Shown here piece after piece: positions 29,806-44,208 of a stretch of 64,000 nucleotides of DNA (position 1 is its first letter; every line of letters starts with the position of its first letter). This DNA is from the human T2T-CHM13v2.0 reference genome, Homo sapiens. Below the pieces are notes generated by a model. It was not told the DNA's origin. It saw nothing but the letters and a program-made list of their open reading frames with translations, and made no database searches. The translations under genes and the position numbers were made by a program. The stretch is from assembly GCF_009914755.1 (NCBI RefSeq), contig NC_060934.1; one strand, given 5' to 3'.

Positions 29806-30328
29806 CAGTGCTGCCCTAAACTTTTTGGCATCAGAGACCTGTTTCATGGAAGACAATTTTTCCACAGAGGGAAGGTGAAGTGGATGGTTTCAGGATGATT
29901 CAATTGTGTTACATTTATTGTGCACTTTATTTCTATTATTATTACATTGTATTATTAATATATAATAAAATAATTACACAACTCACCATAATGTAGAATC
30001 AGTGGAGCCCTGAGCTTGTTTTCCTGCAACTAGATGATCCCGTCTGGGGGTGATGGGAGACAGTGACGGCTCATCGGGCATTAGATTCTCATAAGGAGCT
30101 CGCAACCTAGATCCCTGGCATGCAGAGTTCACAACACGGTTTGCGCTCCTACCAGAATCTAACGCTGCTGCTGATCTGACGGGAGGAAGAGCTCAGGTGG
30201 TAATGCAAGTGATGGGGAGCAGCTGTAAATACAGACAACTTTGCTAGCTCACCCACCGCTCACCTCCTGCTGTTGTGGTCTGGTTCCTAACTGGTACCAA
30301 TCAGTGCCCTGGAGGATGAGGACCCATG
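29806..30328. mobile_element. MER1A (hAT-Charlie non-autonomous DNA transposon), near full length
   Basis: CTTTTTGGCATCAG...GGAAGACAATTTTTCCAC, CATTAGATTCTCATAAGGAG, GCTCACCTCCTGCTG; 8-bp TSD ATGTACAT / GTGTACAT. Confidence 0.9.
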
Positions 30329-30808
30329 GTGTACATCATCAGTAACACGCTGAGTGAATGACTGGGCTTCCTTGGAGTTGAGTCCCCTGAAAAGAAGCTA
30401 AGTCAAGCCATGTGGGCATGGTAAAAGAAGGTACATATTATGAAAGGACATGTTTTCAAACAGCAAAAAACATAACAATAAAGAGTACAGAGCCTTTGAT
30501 TCAGACAGATCCATTTTCCATCCTGAATCTACTGTTTACTACCAGTTTGACGATAGATACACGGGCCACTGGTTCCTTATATGAAAACTGGGGCTATTAT
30601 GATCTGCCTAATTCAATAAGACAGGATTTGTTTTCTTTTTCTTGCTAACAGCAGTGTCTGTGTTTTAATCAAGACGTTGCTATTGGCTTGGGATGAAGTG
30701 TTACCTCAAAGCATCTGGAAAACTTGGAATTTCCCAAATAACCAAGCCTCTGCAAATCCTTAATTTTAATAATTCTGGCTTAAAAAAGAAAAAAAATCAG
30801 CATTTCCT

Positions 30809-30936
30809 GGCTGGGCGCGGTGGCTCACACCTGTAATCTCAGCACTTTGGGAGGCCAAGGCAGGGGCATCACCTGATGTCAGGAGTTTGAGACCAGCCTG
30901 GCTAACATGGTGAAACCTCGTCTCTACTAAAAATAC

Positions 30937-30967
<31 letters not shown>

Positions 30968-31135
30968 AGCCAGGCTTGGTGGTGTGGGCCTGTAATCTCA
31001 GCTACTCTGGAGGCTGAGGCAGGAAAATCTCCTGAACCCAGGAGGTGGAGGTTGCTGTGCGCTAAGATCGCGCCACTGCAGTCCACCCTGGGCGATACAC
31101 CAGGACTCTGTCTCAAAATAAATAAATAAATAAAT
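30809..31135 (+). mobile_element. AluS with middle linker expanded to A29 and (TAAA)n tail
   Basis: TSD AATCAGCATTTCCT (30795-30808 / 31136-31149); A run 30937-30965. Confidence 0.96.
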
Positions 31136-31462
31136 AATCAGCATTTCCTGTTCTTTCAATTATATGGTACTTCAGAAATATATATTCTAAAACTAAGCAT
31201 TCTTTTATTTGAATGAAATTGCATGAGCATACCAATTATTTTTATTTTTCCAACCCTGAGATAATTATGTTGTTTATTAAATGCTGGTACATTATGGGCA
31301 CTAGTGTATTTAATTACAGATAAACACTGCAAGGTAAACATTATTATAACTATTTTACAAATAACAATGTTAAAAATCAGCAAGCTTTTGAGCTAATAGC
31401 TATAGAAGAAATGAAAAAGTTGAACTAGGTTTTATAGCCTGATTCAATCAGTGGAAAAGTCT

Positions 31463-31640
31463 TTTTTTAAATTTTATTTTATTTGTATCTTTTTCTTAGA
31501 CAAGGTTTCACTCTGTCACCCAGGCTGAAGTGCATTGGTCCAAACAGAGCTCACTGCAGCCTCGACTTCCTGGGCTCAAGTCATCTTTCACCTCAGCCTC
31601 CCAAAGTGTGGAATTACAGGCGTGAGCCACCATTCCCTGC
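31463..31640 (-). mobile_element. Monomeric AluJ-like element (left-arm 5' end fused to right-arm 3' end)
   Basis: Right-arm body (CACTCTGTCACCCAGGCTG...CACTGCAGCCTCGAC) runs into left-arm CCTCCCAAAGTG..ATTACAGGCGTGAGCCACC. Confidence 0.8.
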
Positions 31641-31687
31641 TAATTTTGAAATGGAACTGAAAAATTATGTTAAGTGTCTAGGGACGC

Positions 31688-31935
31688 CGTATAGTGTAAT
31701 GGCTAAGAGCCTAAGTTCTTGACTCTCAATGTCTAGATTCAAATTCCCAATCCTACCACTTACTTGCTTTGCCAATACACAGGTTGTTTTATCCTTCCAG
31801 GCCTTAATTCTTTCAACCCTAAATTAGGGATAATAAGAGTATCTACTTTGTAGGATTTGTATAAGATTGAATGGGTTAATTCATTGCTCACACTTGGTTC
31901 ATAAAAATTGCTTCCAAAATGTTAGCATTGTTATT
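31688..31935 (+). mobile_element. MIR, near full length
   Basis: GTATAGTGTAATGGCTAAGAGC...TTCAAATTCC..CCACTTACTTGC...GGGATAATAA...AAATGTTAGC. Confidence 0.75.
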
Positions 31936-33629
31936 TTTAGCAAAAATATACTGATAACTAGAAAGCTTAGTGAATTTTTTGTAGGTCACACAATTAATTC
32001 CTGAACGAGACTGAATTATACTCAGAATTTCAAAGCCATATAGCATTCACTATTCAGTAACAAAAATCTATTTGCTACTATGAGCATCTTGCTAGTACTC
32101 ATAAAGGTGATAAGAATAAAGCAAATTACATCCTTAGATCTTACCTACAGTGTCATTTTGGAAACATATAATTACATAAGCAAGATATCATACACGTGGG
32201 TACTATCACATTCAACACACAGAGGGTGGTGCGAGCACCTAGCAGGAAGAGCTAACCCCAGCATCAGAGAAGGCTTCCTAGAAAAACTGACCTCTAAGCA
32301 AAAATGCACAAGAGTGAAATATGGCTATGAGTTAGGGCAAAAGACTAGGTTCTTTCAACAATTTCAGTTTGAATGTTATCAAAACTATCAGCAGCTTTAT
32401 ACCTAGAGAAAACATCAATGGACATGGATCCTCTGAAAATGGCAAGCGTATGATAATTCCAGAAACTGAATAATTGGGATAAGATGAGCACGGAACATAT
32501 AACCTCCTGAAGTTTTTTTTTTTTAAAGAATGAATGACTGTTTATAGAATTCTAGGCACTGCATTTTCAAACTCAGGCCATTTAAGTGCAAAGTGTGATT
32601 AATAACCCCAGGAAGCTAAATGTTTCATGATATGTTGGGAAAAAAGAAAGTTGTTCCTGTTGGTAGAAATGGACTTGGAGTGTCACAGAAAGGACATTAT
32701 AATAGAGTAAAAACATACCTTGTCACCTTTATGGCTCCGATTTTTGAAATTATACCCTAATTTAACTATTTTTTCCTTTAGGGAACAATTATTTTTGTTC
32801 CTCAAGTAATTAAGAGTGAGCGTCAACTTATGATTTTGGACACCCTGACTTTATTGAGTCCTTTAAAAATATCTTAGAGATACAAAGAACTATTAACACT
32901 TGGCAATGGCTACTAGGAGAAAACCTTAATGCTGAAGATAACAGTTTTGCTACTAGAACAATCTGGTCTTTCATCTTTCAGTAACTACAGTAACACTCTT
33001 TAAACTTTGGGATCCTGTTCTCATGGACTTGCAGCCCATCAGACAAGGCAATAATTCTGTTAAAGATATCTCATTTAGTTTTTCACATAGTATTGATAAT
33101 AACAGTAGCATTTTCACCACATTCTGGTTTTGTAAATACACTAGGTGACTAGATAATTGAATCTGGTTACCTTCAATTTATTCTCTGTATGTCAGTGGAT
33201 ACTAGTTGTTCAATGTTTCCTTTGTCTCCAGAATTCATATGCCGTTTACAGAATGTAATGTTGTTCTATGATCATTAAAAAGTTACTAAGTTTTTAAAAA
33301 TAATGGGACTACTCAAGATGATTAAATAGGGAATAAGGAATAAAAATCTCTGCTCCCAGGCAATATTTGGTTCATAACATGCCACTGATGTTTAAACTCC
33401 ATGCTACTCCCCAAAATTCATATTAGGTTTAATTTATCCATTTCATCAACCCCAAATCAAACATTACACAAGGTAGAAAGAAAAAGGGTCAAACATGTAT
33501 AACTTGGTTTATAATAAATTAACCACTATTCACTGATATTTACAAGTTATCATGCCTCCAATATGAAGTGTCTGCTATGAGATATTTTAGCTTGTTCATG
33601 TTTTACTCATTTGTTTATATAAAAAACAA

Positions 33630-33790
33630 TAATAGTTTAAAAGGTTTAACACATATACCGCTTATTACATAGCAGACACTATTCTAGGCACTTTGCACTT
33701 AGTAACACCATCATTCATCTCAAAAAATCCTATATATTGGGTACTATTTGTATCGATATTTTACAGCTGAGGACACCAAGGCACAAAGAA
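33630..33790 (-). mobile_element. MIR fragment
   Basis: CACTATTCTAGGCACTTT...ATTTTACAGCTGAGGACACCAAGGCACAAAGA. Confidence 0.65.
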
Positions 33791-35130
33791 AACAGATAAA
33801 CTGCTCATTAATATAATTCACAAGGAGACTATAGGCTGCTAATAGATTACCCAATATACAGGTAAATGTGGTACAGGAATTAGCCTGGGATTGAAACAAT
33901 CCTGGAATTCATGGTTTTGAAGAGTGACAATATATTATTTGAGTATGGCTTATAAAAATGAGAAGTCACAAAGAGGTTATGTCAAGGCACATTGCTTAAA
34001 CCCTATACAGTGCATGGAAGAACATTAGTGGGTAACACAATGAATTGAAGAGAAATACAAGAAAGAGTGACAGTGCTATCTGGAGCTCAACAAAACATAG
34101 TCCCAAGTCCCTGCTTCTCTCAAGATAAAGAGGAAGTTCTTGCTGGGGTTTACACAGGTGGCCTTGGCTCCACATAACCTCTCTATCACATCTAGCTCTG
34201 TCTGCCATATTTGCTAACCACCAGTATTTGTATTGTATCAGTTCTGTAAATCTAGTTCAAGTTCCTTCATCTCTCAATGTGTGAAGGTCCCTAGGTCCCT
34301 AACAAATGCTATCCTAATCCCTACCTAATAATTCTATATTGTTACTTGTAGTAGAACCTCACTCCTGCCAAACGTGGTACTTTTCTGTTTCTAGTTCAGT
34401 TCAATGGAGTTTCCCTTTAAATAGGGTAATTCTATTTGATCTCCAACCCCTAGATTATTTTTTCTTAAGTTCATTCATTTTTCCATTTTTCCCCCTCTTT
34501 GAATATTACTTCCTTTATCCATGCATCTCTTCTACCATTCGTCTTTTTCTTCACTCTTTCTTCTCATCTTTGATGTTTCCTTCTACTTCTTTGTCTCTTT
34601 AACCCCAAGGTGAGAAAAACACCTTTTTCAGAGCCCTACTCAGAGCACCATGCAATTTCATTTTCTCAAGTGCTACAAGGCAAAGATTTTCTCCCCTACT
34701 TGAATTAATTTATTGTATATGTAATCGCTTCCTCCCAAAGAGTTTTGATCAGATTGTTTCCAGAAATTATCATTGAAAAAGCTAACAACTTCTTCAGGGT
34801 TTAGGGAAAATGCTAACACAGTAGGTGTTTTTAATGAAGAAAGTTTTATTTGAATTTATCATTGGAAAACATCATTTAAAAATACATGTATTAAAGATTC
34901 ATCTACTCGACAAATATTAAATATGCATTACATGCTGAGCTTTTTGTTATGCAGGTAGAATTGTTTGATAAATGCCCAGTGGGATGGAATTCAAGTATAA
35001 ATATTTTTTGAATATTAATTTTGAAAATATTTTACTTTGTAGGCTTTCTTTCAACGATCCATTGCCACATCGAACCTTTATCCACCACATTTTTTCTCAA
35101 TACTCCATATTTACATTTATATAAATTTTA

Positions 35131-36710
<1,580 letters not shown>

Positions 36711-36827
36711 ATTTGGAGTCCACTTGAATTTTCTCAGCTTTGCCATTAAGAAATGTGCTTATCTTTGGAAAAGTGAGAAAAATGTTCCTACTTTAAAGGG
36801 TTGTTATAAGCACTGGAGGCAATGTAT

Positions 36828-37085
36828 AATGATAGCTAATCTTTATTACTTACAAAGAGACAGGTACTATTTAAATGCATTAGACTTAGTCTCACATTTA
36901 ATTCTCACAACAATCCTTGGAGGTAGGTAAGATTACATGTCCGTTTCAACGAAGAGAAAGTTGTGGCTTGGGGGCATTAATTCACTTGCTTGAGGTCACA
37001 CAGCTCTTACGTATTAGGGCAAGATTTGAACCCAGGCAGTCTCACTCCCAATTTTTCTTTTAACTACTACATTATAATGCTTCCC
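36828..37085 (-). mobile_element. MIR, near full length (apparently nested in a plus-strand MIR relic)
   Basis: TTTAATTCTCACAACAATCCTTGGAGGTAGG...GAGGTCACACAGCT...GATTTGAACCCAGGCAGTCT. Confidence 0.8.
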
Positions 37086-37117
37086 ACTTCAAGTGCTTAG
37101 CATAATACGGTTAATTA

Positions 37118-37201
37118 TTCTTCTGTCTTCCTCTTTCTCTTCTTTTTCTTCCCCTCTCCCTCCTCCCCTTCATCCTCTTCTTCCTCTTTTTTCCTTTTCA
37201 G
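37118..37201 (+). repeat. About 83-nt polypyrimidine tract ending in CAG
   Basis: Only two purines before the terminal AG at 37200-37201. Confidence 0.85.
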
Positions 37202-40200
37202 GATGCACATTTGAAAATCTGTATCATTGTAGCTTCTCTGCTTTCTAGGTGAGCTGGGGGAATATTACCATCAAAAGAAAGAATATTGATGGGAACTAAT
37301 TATTAAACTAGATAGAATATACTTTTCACCTTTGTTCTAGCTGTTGTGTTTTGGACTTATTCTATGGTAATAATCTCAACTATATGTTCACAGTATCTGG
37401 GGCCTTGAACCACTCAGTCTCAGACACAATTAGCAGTATTGGACATCTAATATTCCAGGCCCTGTGCTGGGCGGTCCACAACCATCGTCTTGTTTAAATC
37501 TCACACCGAACATGGAAGAACTCCAAGCTAAGAACTCATTCTCTTATTCCACAGCCATCTCATGTGCATTAACCATTTAACACAATGAAAATAAGCCTTA
37601 GCTGATTTTGAACTCTCTAACAATGTTTTCTTTCTTTGCGTTTGGAAATTCTAATACCCAAAGTGATGTTGTTTTAAGGGTTTGGCATAAGTTTACTCCA
37701 AAGTTAAAGTGTACACTACAAAAGGAAGAGAAAATATCCTACTTGTAAAAATGATTTATAATTTAGATTTTAAAAGGTCACATTGCAAGCAATATTCACA
37801 GAATTTCGGAACAACTTTTCTGAGTGCAGACAAACCTGATTCTTGTAATCTCAAATAATACATACTAAAACAAATCCTCTAAAAATAAATCCATCTAAAA
37901 GAAGAAATGATGTTGGAAGGGTGTGATCATTATGGGATGGAGATTTACTGTCCTCTCCTTTGAGACATGGCTCCTCTGTGAAATACTGACTCACTGGTCT
38001 CTACAAGGAAGGTATTATCTTTATATTGCTAAATCACATATGCATTTTACAAAATGATTCACAAATGCATCACCAGCAGGTGCACACTTCAAAGCAAAAC
38101 ATTTCTGTGAATCCCTGGCAAAAATAAGGGTGTAGCCTAGGTTTTGTAAGACAGCAGTGGCAGGGAAGAGGATGAGTGATACAGGGAAAACCAGCCAGAA
38201 GTAAAGTACTTACAGAAGATCTTATCTTCCCAGATGAAATTATCCAGGCTTTGGGTGCACAGAATATACAATGCAGAGGTGAACAGAGAAATCAAGGATT
38301 GAGCAAGACAAGACAAAACAAATGAAACACCACAAACAATACAAATTAATCAAAAGATGAGACCTGCTGCAATGCTTCAGGATCAGCAATAGCCAATAGT
38401 CTTTTCTAGAAAATCCTGAACCCGAAAGTGGTTCCCTTTTAAGTTTTGCAAACTCTGGGAGGCGATGACAGCCTCCTGCAGATTGGCCTTTGGCTGATCA
38501 GATTTCAGCAGCTCATTCACCTCCAAGGCCAGGTTCTCATCTTATACATCAGTGGAGCTTTCGCTTAGGTGAGGGCCCATATGGTAAGTTTTACTGTGCA
38601 AAAGAACTTTTCCTCCCTCCCCACTGACACTTCAGGCAACAAGAGACCAGCATCTCTAATGGGAGCATAATTCCAAGCTTATTTCCAGCTTTTCACAATT
38701 GCAGGCTGGCATTTTCCTTATAAATGCTATGGTGCACCAAATCTTAATGTTGTCAATATTAAAGTTTAAAACCACTTAGCAGCAAATAGCAAGTTTCTAA
38801 ATGATAATTTGTAACAGGAAGGTGCCACCAGCTTTAAATTTTTAAAATAACGTTTGGAGAAATCTCAATTTCAGCTGGCTAGAAAATCACCATTTTGTAA
38901 TATTTCTCGTGTTGTAGTACCTCTTATATGATAAGTAAAGAAAACATATTTGAAAGATAAAACACTTACTAGTCAGTTTTATTTTATGCAATGCATGATT
39001 TCTGCTAAGGGGGAAATAAACAGATGAAAGAGAGAAAGAGAGAGAAATGGAGACAGAGTGAGAGAAACAGAGTGAGAGAAACAGAGAGAGAGAAAGAAAT
39101 GTCAGAGAAAACGTATTTTGCATGTCTGAGTTATGTCTTTCAAGACTCCATGTAATGTTTCCCTGCTTCTAAAACTTTCCAGGGTTGCCATCCAGAGTCA
39201 ACACACTGTAATAACTACAGAGCCTCCCATTACCGGCTCAGGGCAAGAGACCCAGTCACAATTGTTCAAAACTACTAGTGAAGCCTTCTTTGGAAATTGT
39301 AACTCACAGGCAAGCGTCTCTGCATCCCAGAGCAAATCCTCTGAGATCCTCAGTCTCTCCTGCTGAAACTTCATCTTCCACTCCTGCCTTTGGGTCATTT
39401 CCAAACAGCAGGGCACCAGACACGCTCTACCTTATGTGGAGCCATACCTAAGTACAAGAGGATGGAGTTTCACTGTCGACTCAAAGCGTTTTTACCTCTG
39501 AGACTTTACAGTAAGTCAGGACCTTGCAGTAATATGATCGTTTGTTGTTTTAGAATGTTAATCACTCCATTGAGTTATCTCATTATTTTAAAAATAAAAT
39601 AAAAACCACATTAAGATAAATTAGCCCATCCTTCTTATGCCATGTCAAGCGTTAAAAAGAAATTATTTCATAATTTAATACTTTGCTAATTCTCTTGTAA
39701 CAGTTCATGGTTTTGTGTTTAGGCTGAAGTCAGGAAAAACATTTTTCTGAAATCACTTCAATTCTGATTGTGATACTGACTCTCCTTTGTGAACGGGTGT
39801 AAATCCCTCACAGTCTGTGCTCCATGTCTGAGTTACTTGAGTATTACCATTATTATAGTTGCATATATGGAGGTGGAAGCCTTCAGTGTTTGGAAATCAA
39901 ACTTCCATTGTCATCATTGCTCCCAGTGAGAATGAGGAAAGTTGGGCAGTTGTTCCCATTTGCTGAATTTATCCCACTGACTGGCCCTGCCCATTCTTCT
40001 GGGCTGGCTTGGCATGAAGAGCAAATAACAGCAGTGTTAATCCCCAGGATTTGGAAGGGAGATGGGATTTTGAGCTCTCTTTATCTTTAGACCTTTGCAA
40101 AGGGGGTTACTGAGAGTCCTGCAGCAGACTCAGCAGGACAAGCTGCTATTGTTACTCTCCACAATTAGGGTTAACCCTCAAAACAGCCTTGGCTCTTCTC

Positions 40201-41210
40201 TTAGTTTTTGCTCCTTCGAAAGTGAGAACCAGGTCCCATTCTATGGAAATTGTGAGCAAAAAGAACTGGAAAATGAACACTGAACTGATACAAAGAAGAA
40301 AGTTACTGATTGTCAACCATACAAGCTTTACCTACAATGCACCTTTTTCTCCTGCTCTAGCATGGATTAGATAGATCAACCATTCCTGAATTAGGCTCAG
40401 ATTAAGGCTCCTGGGTTGGGAAGGGTACATGATGATATTGCTGTGCTGATCATGATGCTCTCAAGTCAAAACCTGTATTATAATTTTGAAAAAACTGGAT
40501 GTTTTTTCCATTAGAAATATAATTGTTAAGGGTCTCTTGAGTGCAAAGTCAACAGTTTTGGAGTTTATAATATAATTAGGAGTTAGGAGGCATACTCTTA
40601 ACCACTAAGTAGCTTAACTATTTAAAACATCAGAGTCATCATAAATAGCATGACTAAATAAGTAGATTAGAAGTTCCTATATGAATAATGGAATCAACTA
40701 TAGCATATATGTTGTATGAGGTTTTGAAAAATATTTTCCTTAAACCTACAATGAAGCATAATGTAATAATATTTTAACTTTTCCCATGAAATCTACAGCA
40801 ACAAATTTTTCAAGCAGTGTCAAGGGAATGTAACATCCTATTTTGGCCTGCAAAACTTTTACCATACCCAAAAAACTGTTAAATGCAATAATTCTTTACT
40901 TTCTGACTTTCATGTTCCATGAAAAGCCAATTCTGTTAGGACAGTTGCCTACTTGAACTTTAAAACATGTAACTTACTAACAGACCAATTGACTATTGAC
41001 ATCACACACATCTATCTCATGCTAAATGATTCCATGAATGATCATCAATGTCTTTACGGTTACTAAGTTGAAGACCTCCAATTCTTTCAGTCTTCCATGC
41101 TGGAAACAAGCCATAGTCCTAGGGAACAGGAAAGCCAAAGCTAGCTTAAAAAGGCAACAGATGATGCAACGCTGTCTCCTTTGAATTCTCTCATTGTCCT
41201 TTTATTCATA

Positions 41211-41412
41211 TATTTTTTAAATTGACAAATTATGATTTTACGTATTTATGGAGTACATAGTGGTATTTCAATACATATCATATGTGGTGATCAGGTTAGG
41301 GTAATTAGAGATATCCATCATCTAGAACATTATTCATTTATTTGTTTTAGGAACATTCAATATCCTCCTTCTAGTTGTTTGAAGCTCTATATTATTACTA
41401 ACCACAGTCATT
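41211..41412 (-). mobile_element. L1MA-type 3' end fragment
   Basis: TATTTATGGAGTACATAGTG, GTGATCAGGTTAGGGTAATTAG, GAACATTCAATATCCTCCTTCTAG. Confidence 0.8.
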
Positions 41413-42024
41413 CATGTATTTTTAAATATTGGATTATGATTTTTTTCTCAAGAATTTGGCAAAATCCTCAGGGAGATGACAGCATAGTGTCTTTATGTTC
41501 ACTCAGATTCATGAAAAAAATAGGGACATGTTTGGAAGACTATCCTATCAAAATTTCTGAAACTTATCAACATGTTCAATGAAAATGAGCACAGGGGTCT
41601 TTGAATCCCTACACTAGGGCTCCAGATTGTTTCATCCTGTACTTCCCTCAGTTAATCATTAATATCTTCAGGAGCCCTGTAAAGCCTGAGAATGTGCAGT
41701 CAGCAACCTATTTTAAGGGAGACAGAATGTATAATTCAATAATACCTTTCTTGATTGCTTGAGTTTAAAATAACATTATATGTTCTTTCAGGTAAGTACA
41801 AATTAACCTGATCAAATATAGAAGCATATTGGGAAATGCCACAAATTCAAAATGTTGAATACTAATTATATCAATACTTTAATCTCATTACTGTCTTATT
41901 TTTGAAAAAAAAAAGGTAAATTACTATTAGAGACAAAAAAGTTTCTCTTTTTTCCTCAAAGATTCAGTTGTTCTTAGAATGAAGGATACAGATAAATACC
42001 CAACTGAGATATTCATCAATTTAT

Positions 42025-42041
42025 TTCTTCTTTCTTTCTAT

Positions 42042-42084
<43 letters not shown>

Positions 42085-42356
42085 TTTGAGACAGGGTCTC
42101 ATTCTGTCACCCAGGCTGGAGTGCAGTGGCACAATCTTGGCTCACTGCATCTTCGACCTCCTGTGCTCTAGTGATCCCCCCACCTCAGCCTCCTGAGTAG
42201 TGGAGACTACAGGTGTGTGCCACCATTGCATTTTTAGTAGAGATGGCATCTCACCAAGTTGGCCAGGCCAGTCTCGAACTCCTGACCTCAAGTGACCCAC
42301 ACCCCCTTGACCTCCCAAATTGCTAGGATTACAGGCGTGAACTCCATGCTCACACT
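42025..42356 (-). mobile_element. Alu (J/S) with (TTTA)n tail and about 15-bp linker deletion
   Basis: 17-bp TSD GATATTCATCAATTTAT (42008-42024 / 42357-42373). Confidence 0.94.
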
Positions 42357-42885
42357 GATATTCATCAATTTATGTATTTTTCCTCATGCATGGACTTTCT
42401 ACATTTTATAACATTTAAATCATAAACAACATTAAATGGACTATAAAACTGAAAACTTCTATAGTAAATTGAAATCAAAATATACAGTAATTTTTCTTCT
42501 TTTTAACTTAGAGAAAATAGAGAGTATATAAAATAGAAAGATATTGATAACCATAGTTCTGTTTCCCTTATATTCCTCTTCCTGTAATAAGATTTTGTAA
42601 GTCGTACAATCAATTAATTGACCTGAATGTATTTTTTCCTCTGGTTTCTACAAAAATAAAATCCTAAAATTTTATTTTATGCACACAACTTTTAAATCTA
42701 ATTTGTAACGAGTTGGAACTTCAGATAAGCAGATTTAGCCAAAAAAAGTGCATCCATTCAGGCCAACAAGTGCTACAGCCCATTTGTAGCACCAAAATGC
42801 ATCTATCTAAATCCCATCCGGTCCAGTATCCTGCCTAGTACTCTCAGTCATTCTCCTAATTATCTCCTGAATTTTCAGTTGAACT

Positions 42886-43049
42886 CAGCGTTTCTCATAT
42901 TGAGGTCTGGAAACTGACTACATTGGAATCACCTGGAGTATTTATTCACAGTAACCCTGGGCACATCCAAACCTACTGATTCAGTATTTCCAGGGATGGG
43001 TCCTGAAATCTGCATGTTCTACATGCTTCTAGATGAATGAGAACAATTG
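42886..43049. mobile_element. MER5-family DNA transposon relic
   Basis: CAGCGTTTCTCA...GAATCACCTGGAG...CCTACTGATTCAG...AATCTGCATGTT...TGAGAACAATTG. Confidence 0.7.
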
Positions 43050-43279
43050 ATCTAATCCATTTCAGCCCACCTTCTCACTTGGTTGATCTAATACTAGACT
43101 AGATTATTCCTGTTGAAACTAGTATTTCATTATTGCCATCAAATCCCATTGTTTTCCACCTCCGCCCTATTCCCATACCAGCTCTTAAACATGGCTTTTC
43201 TCAAATCATCTGATATATTTCAATCACTTTTACCACAGAGGCTTCACTTTTTCCTACTTTATGCAACATTATATTTAAT

Positions 43280-43420
43280 AAATATCTTCTCCAACCAAAT
43301 TAAGCTCTGTGATAACAGGGACATTTTTAGCCTTGTTGAGCTTTGCATACACAGGGCCAAATAAAGAGTCTAGTGCATAGTAGGTATCCAATACCTATCT
43401 GAGAACGAATGAATGCATGA
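43280..43420 (+). mobile_element. L2 3' end
   Basis: TAAGCTCTGTGA..ACAGGGAC...GCATAGTAGGT..CAATA...GAATGAATG. Confidence 0.65.
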
Positions 43421-43900
43421 AGGAGAGAACTTGCTCTTGGCTCCCTTGTGCTGCTTCTACAATCATAGGGCATTTCTTCATTTGGAATATACCATCAAAC
43501 TATTCCACATCCCTCTTCAAATTCATTGATTAAGACACAAATGTGACAGGCATTTTTAATGACATTATAGATATAAAAATGAATAGGACATTCTTCTTTG
43601 CTCTTGACGGGTTCAGAATCAAAATAAAGGGCTCTTGATCCTGGCCGGCTGCCCCTCATCTCACCTCAGCACCTGATGCATGATTTGCTCTTAGTGATAG
43701 CCATGAGTGAATGTTATTCCTGATGATATCTCTAAAAGCTTGGCCCCAGCTTTCTATCTCCTTGGCATCTTTGATTTTACACCAGTCATCTCCAGGAAGA
43801 ACAGAGTTCATGCAGTTCAAAGATGTGTGATTTATATCACCAGATTTAAACATAAAGCACTCCCTTGCTATAGACATAATTAATTTAAATATTTATTAAA

Positions 43901-44208
43901 TTTTTTTTCTTTTTTCCCCAGAGATGGAGTCTCTCTCTCTGTCACTCAGGCTGGAGTGCAGTGACACAATCATAGCTTACTGCAGCCTTGAACTCCTGGG
44001 GCTCAAGCAATCCTCCCACTTCAGCCTCTGGAGTAGCTGAGACTACATGCACACCATCACGCCCAGGTAATTTTTATTTTATTTTTGGTAGAGACTTGGG
44101 ATCTCACTATGTTGCCCAGGCTAGTTGATACTTCCTGGCCTCAAAGAATCCTCCCACCTCGGCCTCCCAAAGTGCTGGGGTTACAGGTGTGAATCACCAT
44201 CCCCAGCC
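43901..44208 (-). mobile_element. AluJ, full length
   Basis: ATCATAGCTTACTGCAGCCTTGAACTCCTGGG, CACTATGTTGCCCAGGCT. Confidence 0.93.

Noticed and set aside
39133-39602. Overlapping 70-77 aa ORFs in the repeat-poor block
   Set aside because: No recognisable homology, and lengths are as expected by chance.
40428-40448. C/D box snoRNA (ATGATGA ... CTGA)
   Set aside because: The boxes are only about 10 nt apart with no terminal stem.
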